Assembly (NCBI GenBank): GCA_964019335.1
Contig: OZ025672.1
Coordinates: 1-64,000, forward strand
DNA length: 64,000 nucleotides
Source of the DNA: Diplonema japonicum
Taxonomy: Eukaryota; Protista; Euglenozoa: Diplonemea
Direction of reading: 5' to 3'
Below the pieces are notes generated by a model. It ran no database searches, was not told the origin of the DNA, and worked only from the letters and a program-made list of their open reading frames with translations. A program made the translations under genes and the position numbers. Below are positions 31,959-42,127 of the stretch, one piece after another (the first letter of the stretch is position 1; every line of letters starts with the position of its first letter).

Positions 31959-33455
31959 TTAGGAGTGGACCACTGAAAAGTAGTCAGCACCAGCGGATGG
32001 CCTGACAGGCTGCCGTTGCCGTTTACGTGCAGTCGGTGGGGCTGAAGGGGTGTCGGTGACAGTGGGCGTGGGCACCAAAAAAAAGGGACTGGGGTGTGTG
32101 GAGCGGAGCTGTGAACTACTGAAGCCTGCCGTTCTGGGACGCAGGTCAGTGTCGAGGGATGAGTCCTGTCGCGCATACCAGGAGAGCGCCTTCATAAAGG
32201 GGTCAGGCTTGGCCACAGGTGGTGAGCTGCACCTAGAACTACTGCTTGAAGAACTCAACGAGGCAGGTGCCTCGAAGTGGTCAACTGCCGTGTTGCCCCC
32301 AGTCGTAATATGTAGTGGTGATGTGGGGCCAGTGGCAACCACAAGCCGCTTCCTAGCCTTTAAAGTAAACGTACACGGCTTGCAACTTGGCCACACAATG
32401 TGACCCGCAGTCAGATTATCGGGGAAATCCGCCACTATCTCTGTGCTCGTTGGACTCTTCGGCATACGGTGCTCAGCAGTCCCACGCCCCCACGCCCTCC
32501 CCGCCGCTCTTTGCGAGGCTTTGTACTGCTTCGGGACATACTGTTTACACTCCGGCTTTTTCTTCCACTTTTTGGAAGCTATTGGGAGCCGTCTTCTCCT
32601 GTACGGCATACGTGGTTCGGGACTTGCTTGACTTACTAAGGGGGACTGTTCGGCTAGCGCTGAGGGGGTCCATGGGATGTCTTCTGGTTGTTTGGATGTC
32701 TTACAACTGTCCAATGACAGCTTCTTACGCGGGGGGGGAGGAAGCTTGCGGGACAAGGGCTGGAAACAAATGGCGGCAGAGAGAACCAGCAAGGCCTGGT
32801 GCAGGAAGGACAGTGTACGTGGTGCCTTGCAGTGCGCTTTAACGACCTCTGCACGGATGGTTGGGAGAGCGTCGATCTCGGTGATACTTAACCGTGCCTT
32901 AGTGATGGAAGCTCTTCTTCGTACCACTTCTGAAGCCTCGATGAGGCGCTCTACCGTAATGCCTTGCAGGATATGGGTGAGGTCATTGGCGAGGAAGCTG
33001 CTAATGCAGTGCTTGTGGACATGCGAGGCAGCTGCGGTTTTGATGTCGTTGTCGACCCAGTCGGCTGTGTAGCGGGCTGTCTCTTCTGCTTGGATCCACA
33101 ACTTCACGCACTCCATGATGCGCACCCGTCGTGCGGCAAGGTACCGCCTGATGTACGCTTGCACTTTGATGGTGTTGATGAGGTACTTGTGGACTACACG
33201 CTTAACGCGTGATATGCATCGTAACCAGCACCCGAGGGCGTGAGTCGTGGTGTCTGTTGCTGTGCGTATTACCGACATATCGAAGGAAGGGCTTGTAAAG
33301 TCCTGAGACCCTCTCCCCCTGGCGAGGACAAGCTTAGACCGAACAGAGAACTGAGCAAACTCTTGTTGGATAGGCGGCACCGACGGCGATGCATCTTCAT
33401 GAAAGAGGGACCTCAGGTCCTGAGCGTTTGAGGCCCGCCTTGACCTTCGCCGCAT
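31959..33455 (-). CDS. Hypothetical protein with an IQ-like motif and disordered C-terminus
   Basis: ~500-aa ORF containing IKVQAYIRRYLAARR. Start placed at MRRRSRR after CCACAG. Confidence 0.7.
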   Translation of the reverse strand: MRRRSRRASNAQDLRSLFHEDASPSVPPIQQEFAQFSVRSKLVLARGRGSQDFTSPSFDMSVIRTATDTTTHALGCWLRCISRVKRVVHKYLINTIKVQAYIRRYLAARRVRIMECVKLWIQAEETARYTADWVDNDIKTAAASHVHKHCISSFLANDLTHILQGITVERLIEASEVVRRRASITKARLSITEIDALPTIRAEVVKAHCKAPRTLSFLHQALLVLSAAICFQPLSRKLPPPPRKKLSLDSCKTSKQPEDIPWTPSALAEQSPLVSQASPEPRMPYRRRRLPIASKKWKKKPECKQYVPKQYKASQRAAGRAWGRGTAEHRMPKSPTSTEIVADFPDNLTAGHIVWPSCKPCTFTLKARKRLVVATGPTSPLHITTGGNTAVDHFEAPASLSSSSSSSRCSSPPVAKPDPFMKALSWYARQDSSLDTDLRPRTAGFSSSQLRSTHPSPFFLVPTPTVTDTPSAPPTARKRQRQPVRPSAGADYFSVVHS

Positions 33456-33545
33456 ACCACCTGTGGAAACAACTAACAAGGCAGGGAGGGGGGGGGGGGG
33501 GGGGGATTAAGACCCAAAGAAAATAAACGACAACCCCACCCCCAA

Positions 33546-33797
33546 TCAGTGTAACCCAAGCTCTCTAAGAGTGCCAAACCCGTCTCCTATCTTCCGCCCG
33601 CCTTTGAACACAGACGGGAAACTGGTGACTCCTGCTCTTTTGCACGTGTTCGTGTGCGTGTCGCAATTCACATATGTATAAGGTATCTTTGTGAGTTCGT
33701 TCTTCTGCCGTATCGTCCAAGGACAAGCGTTGCTTCCGTACAGCACAATGCTCTGCGACTGCGATGAGGACCGGTGGCCTGCTGGCTCCGTCGACAT
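33546..33797 (-). CDS. Small thioredoxin/glutaredoxin-fold protein (CPWT site)
   Basis: LYGSNACPWTIRQK...YVNCD...C...GVTSFPS...G...GDGF. Confidence 0.8.
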   Translation of the reverse strand: MSTEPAGHRSSSQSQSIVLYGSNACPWTIRQKNELTKIPYTYVNCDTHTNTCKRAGVTSFPSVFKGGRKIGDGFGTLRELGLH

Positions 33798-33944
33798 GTT
33801 GTTCCCTCTTTTTGTCTGTCCCTACCTTTTTCGTTGTTCCAGGAAAACGATCTTAAAAAGGAAAATACTGTTCGAAAATTGATCTTGTTCTTGATAATGA
33901 GTGGAATTTGAGGGGTAGGTTAGTAGTCAGCAAATCATTCCATA

Positions 33945-34463
33945 TCACATGAGGTGTGCAAACCTGTTTTCTTTTTCTTTTTTTGAATTCAGATCATACA
34001 TGGACTTCAAAGCAGCCTGGTCGGCCACGGTAAGCTTGGGCTTCTCAACAGACTCCAAGTCTTTTTTCCGTTCTTCTTCTTGTTTCTCACTGTAGGTGGG
34101 TAAGTAAGGATGGGTTACACAAAAAGCAAACACATACGCTTCGAAGGCTTCCATCTCCTCCTTGTGCCGTTGCTCCATCCCATCTTTAAGATCTATCATA
34201 TGCTTCCTGAGCACCTTCTTCTCATGCTTCTCATCAGGGTTCTTGTTCGAGTACGATCTCTTCTCCTTTGTCAGCTCCTGGAGCGTTGTTCTCAGACGTT
34301 TCCACTCAGCGTTCTGCCTCTTCTGCAGCATCCCCTTCGTCAGCTTCTTCTCCTCTCTCACCTCCTCCACATCTTCCTCCATTTTTTCATCTTTCACAAC
34401 CCCAGCCAATGTTTTCTCATAAGGCGCCGCTGCCTTCTTCCGCTGCTTTTTCGCCTTTCCCAT
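33945..34463 (-). CDS. Small basic coiled-coil protein resembling the OTUD6/Otu2 N-terminus (2 exons)
   Basis: MGKAKK start; KRQNAEWKRL...MEQRHKEEMEAF; probable in-frame intron 34090-34137. Confidence 0.75.
   Translation of the reverse strand: MGKAKKQRKKAAAPYEKTLAGVVKDEKMEEDVEEVREEKKLTKGMLQKRQNAEWKRLRTTLQELTKEKRSYSNKNPDEKHEKKVLRKHMIDLKDGMEQRHKEEMEAFEAYVFAFCVTHPYLPTYSEKQEEERKKDLESVEKPKLTVADQAALKSMYDLNSKKEKENRFAHLM
34090..34137 (-). other. 48-nt in-frame intron without a stop codon
   Basis: GTATGT...CCTACAG interrupts a charged helix with an out-of-character peptide. Confidence 0.75.
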
Positions 34464-34596
34464 CCTATTCTCTGTGATATCTAATGAAACAAGAAATAAA
34501 CTGCAAAGATCAAAATGGAGGTGGGGCACACTATTAAAAAAAAAGGAGACACTGGTGAGAGCGGGAGGGCATCTCAAAGACGCCCAGGAAGGCCCT

Positions 34597-35281
34597 CTAG
34601 CGGTCGCGTGAGTCGTGTGACCTCTGAGGCGTCCTGTCGGCGGACTTGCGGTCATTCCGGCCCAACGACTCAGAACGAGAGGAAGAGGAGCTGCGGCGTC
34701 GCGAGGGAGGCGTTGGGTCTCTCTTTTCTTCCCTATCTCTCCTGTCTCTTCTGTCCCTGTCCCTGTCCCTCCTATCCCTATCTCTGTCTCTGTCTCTGTC
34801 TCTGTCCCTTCTATCCCTGTCCCTATCTCTCCTGTCTCTATCCCTGTCCCTATCTCTATCCCTCCTCCTCCTCCTATCCCTTGAGTCTGACGAGGTTGTC
34901 CTCCTCCTCCTCCTTCTGCTGTCTCTATCGTTCTTTCGTTCTCTCGTGTCTTTTCTATTTTTCCTCTCTTCCTTTTTTTTTCTGTCTTCTTCTTCTCTAG
35001 CCAGGGCAAAACCAATTCGCTGCCTCAGCTCGCGCATCTGTCTTTGCTGGGCTAGGGTCGGGCGGGGGAGACATTCCAAGTTGGACAACTTAAGCTGCAA
35101 AGCCTGTGAAGATGGTGTGAAAGTTTCAAAAAGAAATATTAAATACCTGTGTCTGTTTGTCTTCGGAAGGCGTGGCTGTCAGCTTGGTGATGACGCCGAC
35201 CGGCACACCGCCCGCCATGTTCCCAGACGCTGCTGCGAGCTCAGCAGCCAGCGTCAGCGAGGTTACTTCCTCTAAACTCAT
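34597..35281 (-). CDS. RD/RS-rich protein (SR-like, probably nuclear), 2 exons
   Basis: MSLEEV... exon joins ALQLKL... through intron 35104-35146; long RD dipeptide tract. Confidence 0.75.
35104..35146 (-). other. 43-nt intron
   Basis: CAG|GTATTT...TCACAG|GCT keeps the frame. Confidence 0.8.
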
Positions 35282-35416
35282 CGCATGTGAAGTCCTATGG
35301 CGGTGTTGCGGATATGGAGTTGCATTGAACAAATGACAAAACAAAAGAAAAGGGTTAAAACTGTAGCTATCGAAGGGGAGAATCGATCACTGTATTTACA
35401 AACAGTCGCATGAACA

Positions 35417-38400
35417 CTAGCTATCGTCTTCCTCTTCGCCATCCTCACCATCGTCACCCTCCTCGCCCTCCTCCATCTCATCCTCGTCCACCTCTGTTAA
35501 TGCATCGCCAACACTTGAGTTCAGCTCTGTCACAGTTTCTTCCTTCTCCTCTGCTACTTCTTCCGTGAAGTCCAGCATCCCATTTGCTTGCAACTTCCTC
35601 AGATTGGTGGCAGCATACCTCAACTGTACTGCCGCATACGTCCAGTGGTAGAATACTGAAGTCGGTTTCGACCCTTTCTTCGCCACGTAGTCAACAGTGA
35701 GGCCCTTCGTCATTTTCTTCGCTCTGATGAAAAAGGCCTTCGCAGGCTTGGAGGTCGTGGGGTCGAACTCGGCCATCTTCTTCAGGACGGGGTACTTTAT
35801 GCACCTCCTTGTCTTTTCCCACGTTGATACGACCTTGGGCTTCTTCCCCATCACTATGAAGGCTGCAGCGCAGACAGGCGGGATAGCTTCAGGCGGCTTG
35901 TTGTACTTGGCCATCTCAAGAAGCTCTTCCTTTTTCATACTATTCAGGCTGGCAAGCGTGTGCAACCAAACCTTTTTCAAGAATCTGACGCAAGAGGGTG
36001 ATATGTCATCCTCGATCTTCAGACGCACCTCCTCAGAGCCGATCTCGTCGACGTTCCCCTCATCGACCTCAACTAAGAGAGTGCTCAGCAAGGACGCTGC
36101 ACTAGTAACCATTGCCAAGTCAGCATCAGTGAAATTCCTCTTTCCTTGTGTCCACTGCACGGTGTCCATGAACAGCACACCTAGGGAGCCCACAGGCATC
36201 GCTACGAGCTGTCCGTCGTTCACCTCACCGTCGCCCAAATACTTCATAGCAGGCTCTTTGGTCACGTCTTGATAGTGCTTCACCTCGTTCCCACTCAGCA
36301 AACTCGGCGTTATTCCCTCACCCTGCGGTAATACCTGCCCAACAACCCAACTCTGCGGCGGCGTTGCGGCAACATACTCCATGTCTTCGCTCTTTGTCTC
36401 CCGCACCACGTTTCTCTTAAGAGACATGTACACATGGCTACAACCAGACAGTGCACTGCACCACTGCACGCACTGCATGGCGTACATCCTCTTCATCCTC
36501 ATCTTCAGTAGAGGGTTCCTCCTCTCACCCAGCTGGCCTACTAAGTCCAAGATTTGTTGAATCTGTGCTTCCTTCAAAGGGTACTGCGCGTCGCCTTCAA
36601 CACCCAACACAGAGATCACTGCAAGGCCGCTTTTGAAGTTGACTAGCACGGGGAACAGGTACAAAAAGTTGTTCCGCTTGTCCTCCGGTACATAGCACTT
36701 TGCGTTGGCTGCGTCTTTTACGTTCTCGATGTACTCGTATGACCCTTCTGCAGGCTTCATGTTGAACGACTGCGCCTCCTTATCACTGAGTGTTTTTGTT
36801 AATACGTTGTTGTGAGGACCAAAATTCTCAGGTGCCTCTTGCCCAACGGTGTACCCATTCTGTGCCACCACCGTTAGAACATCACCATGAGGGCGAGTGA
36901 GAGTTGCTAAGTAGCAGTTGATGCCAGGGCCGAAGTCGCTGACTGCCTTCGTGACTCTTGAGAACAGTTCAGGGACTGACGTTGCCTGTTGTACATCAGG
37001 TGTCATGCCGTTGACATAGGCTTGCGAAAGGAGATTAGCAACTGCTTCAAAGAATGTGACCATGTCAGGCGAGATTGGGACAGCAGGCAGCGCAGTGTCG
37101 AACGCGTAGCAGTCTTCTTCGCTCTCTATGAGGTTCGTTTGCTGCTGGTTCAGGTTGTTCACGGTGTCAGCGTTAAGCATTGCGGCCACCTCGCCTGCGG
37201 AGTTGTAGATGGGTGTTGTCAGGAAGTCGCCAAAGCCGCCGTCTTCCTTTGTCCCCACTCGCACTATACCCTCTTCGTTAGTTTTCAAAGGGTCCTTCAG
37301 GTGTATGGTCTCCTTCTCTTTTATAGCAAGGACTGTAGGTGCATTGGGGTGATCAGGTATCGCAAAGGTCTCTTTCCCTGCTCGCAGTACGTTGCTGCAG
37401 TTATCCGACGCGTATCTAAAACACAAAGACGGCCCGTCGAGGACTGCTATGTACACTGCACAATCGAACAGCAGCAACCCCAGCTCAGGGGCAACCTTGC
37501 CGAGGAGCTCACGCAGCATGTCCTCCGTCTTGCAGTTGTCGACCCTTGTCCGTAGCTGTACGAGATACTCATCCATGTCGTTCTCCTGTCTCTTCAGTCT
37601 CAGCAGTCTCGCTTCCTCCCTCCGCTTGTCTTTGATGGACACTTGGTCAAGTAGCTTTGCCGAAGACCGTCTCCTGCTATCCCTTCGTGAGGCGGCCAGT
37701 TCTTCTTTCGACTTCCGCTTGTCACGTTCTGCCATGACTCGCGCTTTGCGCTCTGCCGCTTTGCGATCTTTGTCCTGCTGCACTCGCTTCTTCTCTTGAT
37801 CAATGCGTTCCTCCTCCGCCCTCTTTGCTTCTTCTTGTTCTCTGGTTTCTCGTTCTTGTCTTTCGGCATCAAGACGGGACTGTTCAGCTTCCTTAGCACG
37901 TTCTGCGGCTTCTTCAGCTTCCTTCTTCTCTTGCAGAAACAGCTCAATATCCTGTATTCCCTTGTCCCATAACTCTGCTGTAAGATCCATCCCCAAGGTG
38001 TACTCCTTCATGAAGTAGTTCCTTTCTGCGGTCTCCTCATCCTCCAGTTGCTTTCTGACTTCCTCGTCTTCTGTTTTTCTCTTCTCCTCAAAGTCAAGAA
38101 GCAAAGTGTGAAGAACAGGAAGCAGCTTTTTCTTTCGCTGCTTCTCCGCCTCCGACATGTCCTCAAGGATCTCTGCTGTTTTCTCATCATTCTGCTTCTG
38201 CTGCCCCGCATCGGCAGTTTCTTTTCTTTTCAAGTCGCTGAAGAAGGTATCGATCACACCAGGCTGTGCTCGTTTCCGCTCTTCCCACTCGTCCCATGTC
38301 TCCGTTAGCCACTTGTCTCGGTGGGGTTCTTCGGGAACTCTGTCTGCCCTTCCTATTCTGAGGCAGTAGTTCGACCATGGTTCATTCAGCAACACCTGCC

Positions 38401-38500
38401 TGTCATATACTGCCTCCTGCTGCTTCACCTCCTCCAATGTGGTCCTCGGCAGCTGCTTCACATACGAGAAGGTCAAGGCTCGCTCCATTCCTAACGACAT
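35417..38500 (-). CDS. Coiled-coil, GAF-like and dynein microtubule-binding-domain-like protein
   Basis: E/K/R-rich coiled coil; repeated YIA/YLA/YMS..L strands typical of GAF folds; EMAKYNKPPEAI..VC.A...MG...TWEKTR...LKKMAEFDP; acidic tail. Confidence 0.8.
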   Translation of the reverse strand: MSLGMERALTFSYVKQLPRTTLEEVKQQEAVYDRQVLLNEPWSNYCLRIGRADRVPEEPHRDKWLTETWDEWEERKRAQPGVIDTFFSDLKRKETADAGQQKQNDEKTAEILEDMSEAEKQRKKKLLPVLHTLLLDFEEKRKTEDEEVRKQLEDEETAERNYFMKEYTLGMDLTAELWDKGIQDIELFLQEKKEAEEAAERAKEAEQSRLDAERQERETREQEEAKRAEEERIDQEKKRVQQDKDRKAAERKARVMAERDKRKSKEELAASRRDSRRRSSAKLLDQVSIKDKRREEARLLRLKRQENDMDEYLVQLRTRVDNCKTEDMLRELLGKVAPELGLLLFDCAVYIAVLDGPSLCFRYASDNCSNVLRAGKETFAIPDHPNAPTVLAIKEKETIHLKDPLKTNEEGIVRVGTKEDGGFGDFLTTPIYNSAGEVAAMLNADTVNNLNQQQTNLIESEEDCYAFDTALPAVPISPDMVTFFEAVANLLSQAYVNGMTPDVQQATSVPELFSRVTKAVSDFGPGINCYLATLTRPHGDVLTVVAQNGYTVGQEAPENFGPHNNVLTKTLSDKEAQSFNMKPAEGSYEYIENVKDAANAKCYVPEDKRNNFLYLFPVLVNFKSGLAVISVLGVEGDAQYPLKEAQIQQILDLVGQLGERRNPLLKMRMKRMYAMQCVQWCSALSGCSHVYMSLKRNVVRETKSEDMEYVAATPPQSWVVGQVLPQGEGITPSLLSGNEVKHYQDVTKEPAMKYLGDGEVNDGQLVAMPVGSLGVLFMDTVQWTQGKRNFTDADLAMVTSAASLLSTLLVEVDEGNVDEIGSEEVRLKIEDDISPSCVRFLKKVWLHTLASLNSMKKEELLEMAKYNKPPEAIPPVCAAAFIVMGKKPKVVSTWEKTRRCIKYPVLKKMAEFDPTTSKPAKAFFIRAKKMTKGLTVDYVAKKGSKPTSVFYHWTYAAVQLRYAATNLRKLQANGMLDFTEEVAEEKEETVTELNSSVGDALTEVDEDEMEEGEEGDDGEDGEEEDDS

Positions 38501-38648
38501 CTTCACTCTGTTCGAGTGCCTGTGGTGGTTAGTTTTGCGAATGCGCAATGTGAATAACAGGCTAGAATAGGTCCTCAAACCTTTAGCTTATAATGGTAAA
38601 GATACGACCATCTAAGGTTGAAATCAGGTTAAAATACGTGCACTGAAT

Positions 38649-39929
38649 CTACAGCAAGAAACAGCAGCACGCAATGAGCAAGCATGCCTTCAAGATGGAC
38701 GGTTCCAGCGTCACCTCGCTGCCGTTATCGATGGTGGAGCTCAGCAAGACAGTTTTCTTGCCGGTGTGGCGGTAGTTACAAAGAAGCCCCGCCAGCATGT
38801 AGTGGGATAAGTAATACTGCGAGAGGTTCAGCGCCCTGCCGTTGATGGTGAACCACGTGGCGGGGATTGCATTCAGTTGCTCGGAGTTGGCACCTGGGAT
38901 GTATTCAACAGGCTTCGTGGGGTTGGCGAGGCTGGTCCCTACAACCGGTGTAAGTGTCTTAGACATTGTGAGGAGATCAAGCTGCCGAACGAGCGTATCA
39001 TGCGGTGTCTTGGGCAGCTCAAGCGCCACATCGCTGATGGTGAAACCCTGTGTGCCTGTACGGCGGACTACGTTGCGGACGGCCTTGGCGATGCCAGGGC
39101 TGAACCCTGTACTGTACATCTCGTCGTGAGGGACGAGCTTGTCCAGTTTGTGCGGTTTGGAAGGGATCCAATTCTGTAGCATCCTGTCGCCGTCGTACCA
39201 CATGGAGGCGCGCGTGTTGCAGTCGTTGTGCTTGACGCACTTTGAAGCCTCGCCGACGACAAGCACGTTGGCAGAGTTGCTGCGGACAACATCCAACATA
39301 AGCAGGCGGAGCAGGTCCACCTCTGCAACGAGGTGGTCACCGTTGTCGCCCTTCCTGATGAGGTCCACGAAATAGTGCACATCGCGAACAACAATGATTG
39401 GCTTGGGTACACCAGGCAAGCTCCCGACTGCCATGACAGACCGCATCACGTGCTCCAGCGTGAGATGGATGAGCATGAAGGTTGTGTGGTAGTGCTCGAT
39501 GTTCCCGGTGATGACATCAGCGAACACATTGATAGCCTTTACGTAGGCAAGAATAAGACGGCCAGAGAGACCAAGCGGCTCAAGGATGTGGGTAAGGACT
39601 CCATAGAAGATGAGTCGTGGATCGTCAGTTGCCTGGATGAGAACGTGGGGGCGGCCCTCGATTGCCTGGTGGATCTGTTCTTGAAGAGCTTTTTTATCAT
39701 CGCTTAGAATCACCCTCCACTGGCAGTCCTTCTCTTCCTCGTCCACCACCCAGTTGTTCCTACCCACGAGAAGAGATCGCTTGAAACAATAAGGCATGCC
39801 GTACTCATCCACAGCGGGCCACATCAGCAAACACGCGGCACCTATACCAAGGGCTCCTTTCATGAATTGCATCCCCTTTCCATTTGACGATGCGGCTTTC
39901 GTGCAGCGCCTGCTCAGGAGGTGTCTCAT
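38649..39929 (-). CDS. Hypothetical protein with a probable mitochondrial presequence
   Basis: MRHLLSRRCTKAASS followed by a hydrophobic segment; the upstream ORF extension is homopolymer sequence. Confidence 0.75.
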   Translation of the reverse strand: MRHLLSRRCTKAASSNGKGMQFMKGALGIGAACLLMWPAVDEYGMPYCFKRSLLVGRNNWVVDEEEKDCQWRVILSDDKKALQEQIHQAIEGRPHVLIQATDDPRLIFYGVLTHILEPLGLSGRLILAYVKAINVFADVITGNIEHYHTTFMLIHLTLEHVMRSVMAVGSLPGVPKPIIVVRDVHYFVDLIRKGDNGDHLVAEVDLLRLLMLDVVRSNSANVLVVGEASKCVKHNDCNTRASMWYDGDRMLQNWIPSKPHKLDKLVPHDEMYSTGFSPGIAKAVRNVVRRTGTQGFTISDVALELPKTPHDTLVRQLDLLTMSKTLTPVVGTSLANPTKPVEYIPGANSEQLNAIPATWFTINGRALNLSQYYLSHYMLAGLLCNYRHTGKKTVLLSSTIDNGSEVTLEPSILKACLLIACCCFLL

Positions 39930-40143
39930 TTTAATAAGAAAGGGAGGCTGGAGGTGGCTTGGGGGGGGGGGGGGGGGGGGAAGACGATCCACCGAGAAAA
40001 AAAAATCAGAAGAAAGCACCCTCGTTACCGGAAAAAAAAAAAAAAAAAAAAAAAAGCGAGACTGTTCAAAAAAAAAAACAAAACAAAATATAATATAAAA
40101 AAAAAAAAAACTGGGAACAGAAGAATGCTTAGTTGAAAAGGCC

Positions 40144-40178
<35 letters not shown>

Positions 40179-40736
40179 GAGCTGCACGTAATATAACATC
40201 AAAAAAAAATGCACTGATTTTCCTCTTAAAGACAGCTTGAAGAGTGTGATGTCAGAAAAAACAAAATGGGGATAGCTGGTGCAGCTCGCTGGTTGCGAGA
40301 ATAAAAAAAAAAAACCTTTTCTCCCAACAACACTCATGTTCTTCTTTTGTTTTTTTTTTTCTTTTTTCTTTTTTTGCTTTGTTTTTGTTCTTCTTTTTGA
40401 AGATTTAGACATAGTCTCACCCGGTAACCCCACCCCGTTTCTTTTTCTTTTCTTCTTTAATTTACCGTAAAAATGAAAGTGCTTGTCAGAACAACATTTC
40501 TTTTCACTTTACAGAGTTTATGATACACTAGCGCTTGTACTTGGCTATGTGCATTACCCACGAACAATATAAAAACGAAGGAACTAAAATAAAATAAAAA
40601 AAACAAAAACTCAGGACGTGATGGAGAGGGGTACATCAAAACAACCCCATTGTAACACCACCAATGGTGCTGGTCAATTTAACCTTTAGAAAAAAAGAAA
40701 AAAAAAACCTTGTTGGGAAAATCTCGTTTCAGATGG

Positions 40737-40779
<43 letters not shown>

Positions 40780-42127
40780 GCTCTGTGTCATTATCCCAAG
40801 TCCCCACGGGGCCTTTCCAGCCCATGATTAAATGTACCAAAGGCGATGTTTAAGGGGCAAATCCCACTTGAGGACCACCCTTGGGGGGGGGGGGGGGGGG
40901 GGGGGGGTCTATCTTTTGTTGAACAAAATGGGCGGTGAAGAAAAAGGTGAATGGGTGGGGGGGGGATATCTAAGTAACCGTAATTAAACCTGAACGCAAA
41001 AAAAAAAAGAAAAAAAAAGACAGAGCAAATGACCCTCCCAATCCTTTCTTCATTTTCTTTTTTTTTTTTTTTTTCGTCGTTTTCTGAAGGGAACAAATAA
41101 AGTCGTCGCCCCACTGCCGATGAAAGTACGACTTTAAATCAGCATGTTTCCTCGACAGACGCAAACAGGGGTCGTTTCTTTTTTCTCTATTCTTATTTTC
41201 CGTTCAGCTGCTTTTCTTTTTCTTTTGAATTACGTGCATCTCTTGTTAGTCACTATAATTTCGGGCGGTTAAGAACAAAAATCATGAGCTTAGTCAGGTG
41301 GGGAGAAAATCTTCCAGTAGGGAGAATAGAGGGGAAAAAAAAAATATAAAAATTAAGTTATGGCATATCGTCGCTGGCGGGGGGGGATAAAAAAAAACAA
41401 TCGCGAAACATTGAATTGTAGTGCTGTGCACCAACAGAGTTGCGGTAAGGAGGTCTGCTAGTCCCAAAAACTGTGTTGGTTGTTAAAAACACAGACAAAA
41501 AAAAAACAGAAAAAGGTATATGGATGAGGGGTGACCATGCGAACCAGAGGATTTGAAAACCCCTTGTTCACGTTGGATCGCAGAGGAAAGTAAGAAAAAC
41601 ACACAAAGAAAAGAGAGAGGGGAAAGTAAAAAAAAAAATAAAAAAAAACTTAGCCGGTGTTTTAACAAACCAACGCGCTTATCAAATCAAGCTGTAGCGG
41701 AAAACCTAGGGGGTAACCTAGGGGGCCTTCGAACGAATTGACTATTCATTGTTTCTGGTGATTCTCGCCTGGTCATAAATATAAAAAAAAAAAAAGTAAA
41801 GACTCGCCGAGGGTTTTTTGAACTGAAATAAAAAATTGCATGCAAAAAAAAAAAAAAAAAAAGTTCTCCCAACTGAGTGGGCTTTTTTTTCTTTTTTACT
41901 TGCCAAATGGTTTCCCCCTTTTTTTTTGACAGAACCAGAAGAGAAAATAATGAAAAAGAGGAGTAAAAAAGAAGAAGAAAAAAAGGGGGGGAGAACCTGA
42001 TCTGAGAGATGAGAAAGACAAAGTTTGTTTTCTCTCTTTTTTTTGTTGTTTGAAACACCAAGACACCATATTCTAGGTGGTGAAGAAAGAAAAACAAAAC
42101 AACACTGAATAGCATATGTAATCGTAC

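Noticed and set aside
31892-31961. In-frame stop read-through fusing ORF 31959-33455 to adrenodoxin reductase
   Set aside because: The stop is TAA with no read-through context, FDXR has its own targeting N-terminus, and an open spacer this short is likely by chance.
34464-35015. GTGIE-repeat N-terminal extension of ORF 33945-35015
   Set aside because: Alternative-frame reading of the RD repeat of the upstream gene.
39355-39372. CTGATGAG...GAAA hammerhead-like core
   Set aside because: No flanking stems I and III; it lies antisense inside a CDS.
39930-40433. Long N-terminal ORF extensions (also 44546-44767, 47870-48364, 56417-56563 and 59309-59431)
   Set aside because: Low-complexity UTR or spacer sequence upstream of better-supported ATGs.
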